In this document: positions 62,339 to 64,000 of the stretch, in pieces
How positions within the stretch are numbered: position 1 is the stretch's first letter
How the letters are laid out: the number at the start of each line of letters is the position of its first letter
Source: an uncultured Chloroflexia bacterium
Lineage (GTDB): Bacteria > Chloroflexota > Limnocylindria > Limnocylindrales > CSP1-4
Reading direction: 5' to 3'
Length of the DNA: 64,000 bases
Assembly (NCBI GenBank): GCA_963700555.1
Contig: CAVOXZ010000017.1
Coordinates: 68,155 to 132,154, forward strand
Notes under the pieces: generated by a model
Told to the model about the DNA's origin: nothing
Seen by the model: the letters and a program-made list of their open reading frames with translations, nothing else
Database searches by the model: none
Program-made: the position numbers and the translations under genes

Positions 62339-63388
62339 TCACGGCAGCCTCGCATACGCGTCCACCAGCAGGCGGGTGAATTGTTCGCGGTCGATGACGA
62401 TGCCCACGTCCGCGTTCGGCGTGCGCCCGTCGCGGCGCAGGCGATACGGGAGCCCGTCGCAGACCGTCCGGCCGCGTGAGGGGCCATCGGTGGCATCCAC
62501 GATGACGTGGTAGCGGGCAACCGCGACCAGGTCCGGGACCAGCAGATGCGCGATCGCGACGGCATCGTGGATCGCGGTGGTCGCGGCGCCGGACCACTCC
62601 AGGTTCCGGTCGAGCGCATAGTCCGTGAGCTCCGCCGCAACCCGCCCGGATGCGGTCCCGAGCCCACGCAGCTCGGCGGCGGCGTCACGGTCGAGGAGCG
62701 CCTGGTGGGTGACGTCGAGGCCGATCATGGTGATCGGGATCCCCGATCGGAAGACGACGTCCGCCGCCTCCGGATCGGCGACGACGTTGAACTCCGCGGA
62801 TGCCGTGGTGTTCCCCTCCCCGATCGATCCGCCCATCAGGCACAGGTGCGCGATCCGCGGCGCGAGGTCCGGATGGAGCCGCAGCAGGAGCGCGACGTTC
62901 GTGAGCGGACCGATCGGCGCGATCACGACCGGCTCCGGGCTGTCCGCGATGAGCCGGGCCATCAGCGCGACCGCGCCGCCGGGGAGCGCCCCATGGACCG
63001 CGGGTGGAAGCTGCGTGACGCCGATCCCGCTCTCGCCGTGGACCTCCGTCGCCCGGACGACCGATCCCAGGAGCGCGCCCGCGGCTCCCTCGGCCACCGG
63101 GACGTCGTCGCGCCCGAAGACGTGGAGCAGCCGGAGCGCGTTCTCCGTGCACCGGGAGACATCCGCGTTGCCTCCGACCGTGGTCACCGCGAGCAGCCGG
63201 AGCTCGGGGCTGGCTGCCGCGAGCCCGATGGCCAGCGCGTCGTCGAGGCCCGGGTCGCTGTCGATGATCAGTGGCAGCGGCAGGTCCTTCGTCCCGAACG
63301 GCGCTGAGCGCGCCCCCGCGGCAGCCTTGTGGTACGTGGGGATCGCGTGGACCGGTCCCCAGTCGTCGACGTTGTAGCCGGCACTCAC
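62339..63388 (-). CDS. Nucleoside hydrolase (IUNH family)
   Basis: 'LIIDSDPGLDDALAI' (DxDxxxDD signature), 'GGNA' and 'VVIAPIGPLTN'. The proposed start is GTG 63388, 8 nt after the permease stop. Confidence 0.85.
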   Translation of the reverse strand: MSAGYNVDDWGPVHAIPTYHKAAAGARSAPFGTKDLPLPLIIDSDPGLDDALAIGLAAASPELRLLAVTTVGGNADVSRCTENALRLLHVFGRDDVPVAEGAAGALLGSVVRATEVHGESGIGVTQLPPAVHGALPGGAVALMARLIADSPEPVVIAPIGPLTNVALLLRLHPDLAPRIAHLCLMGGSIGEGNTTASAEFNVVADPEAADVVFRSGIPITMIGLDVTHQALLDRDAAAELRGLGTASGRVAAELTDYALDRNLEWSGAATTAIHDAVAIAHLLVPDLVAVARYHVIVDATDGPSRGRTVCDGLPYRLRRDGRTPNADVGIVIDREQFTRLLVDAYARLP

Positions 63389-63395
63389 CGGGGCA

Positions 63396-64000
63396 TCAGC
63401 CCTGCTCGTACGGCTGGCCCGCCGACGCGGGACCACGGACCCGCCCGACGACGCCGGCCACCACGATGATCGTCACCACGTACGGCACGCTGTTGAGCAG
63501 CTGCGGCGGCAGGTTCACGCCGAGGATCGCGAGCAGCGTCTGCGTCGTGCCGGCGAAGCCGAACACGAGCGCCGCGCCCAGGGCACCGACCGGGTGCCAG
63601 GCGCCGAAGATCATCGCCGCGAGCGCGATGATCCCTTGCCGGCGACCATCTCCATGCCGAAGTTGCCGGCGATGGACAGCGACAGGTAGGACCCGGCCAG
63701 GCCGGAGATCATCCCCGCCAGGAGCAGCGCCCGGTAGCGGATGGAGATGACGTTGATGCCGACCGTCCCGGCCGCGGCGGGCTTCTCGCCAGAGGCGCGC
63801 AGCCGCAGTCCCCAGCGGGTCCGGAAGAGCATGTAGGTGAGGATCGCGACCATCACGTACATCAGGTAGACGTACGGCTTGGCGGAGAACAGGATCGGAC
63901 CGAGGACCGGGATGTCGGCCAGGAGCGGCACCCGCCAGGGTTCGATGGTCGGCGGCCGGTTGAACTCCGTGTTCCGGCTCAGGACGCGCAGGAACAGGAA
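63396..64000 (-). pseudogene. ABC transporter permease (nucleoside/simple-sugar, BMP-system type), 5' end outside the window; one frame break as assembled
   Basis: ORF 63611..63931 ('WGLRLRASGEKPAAAGTVGINV..ISGLAGSYLSL') joins at ~63634 (1 base missing) to ORF 63396..63614 ('IIALAAMIFGAWHPVGALGAALVFGF'). Confidence 0.7.

Overview
The window is a very GC-rich, almost fully coding chromosomal core segment. Its synteny looks Actinomycetota-like (uvrC..rapZ-yvcK-whiA, mtrA-mtrB-lpqB-like). I saw no transposase, integrase, CRISPR array, rRNA or prophage signal.

Bases 1-22 kb are one long minus-strand housekeeping run:
- a partial CpaE/TadZ-like ATPase
- the tRNA array Phe-Gly-Gln-Cys-Leu
- lemA-htpX
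- the tRNA array Leu-Leu-Val
- an orphan family-5 solute-binding protein
- secG-gpmI-tpiA-whiA-yvcK-rapZ
- tatC-tatA, pyrF, a TolB-like propeller protein, recJ, secF-secD and uvrC

The rest of the window holds, in order:
- two secreted nucleotidases, one of them a 1230-aa two-module YfkN-like enzyme
- a UvrD-like helicase and an ICMT-like methyltransferase
- a small coupled pair of hypothetical genes
- uvrA and uvrB, each preceded by a LexA-type SOS box
- a HicB-like/DinB/GNAT fusion and an orphan cpaB
- coaE, an ABC-F ATPase, fpg, an MFS transporter and polA
- a small membrane protein with a response regulator and histidine kinase
- an ECF sigma factor with two tandemly duplicated anti-sigma genes
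- tRNA-Leu(CAA), a TerB-like gene and dnaE
- an S1-like protease plus a zincin
- mtrA-mtrB and a short LpqB-like lipoprotein
- a nucleoside hydrolase and a nucleoside-type ABC permease

The dominant non-annotation signal is about 36 single-base frame breaks, roughly 32 insertions and 4 deletions. They sit in otherwise perfectly conserved genes: uvrA x5, uvrB x4, dnaE x4, polA x4-5, MFS x3, uvrC x2 and many single cases. Their distribution is very uneven, with none in 1-9.8 kb or 24-31 kb. I read this most parsimoniously as assembly or consensus error rather than biology, but it needs read-level checking.

I found no convincing novel multi-gene system. The best second-look candidates are:
- the duplicated anti-sigma module
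- the motif-rich intergenic region at 30.1-30.5 kb
- the two-gene cassette after uvrA
- the HicB-DinB-GNAT fusion
- the extracellular nucleotide-scavenging gene set
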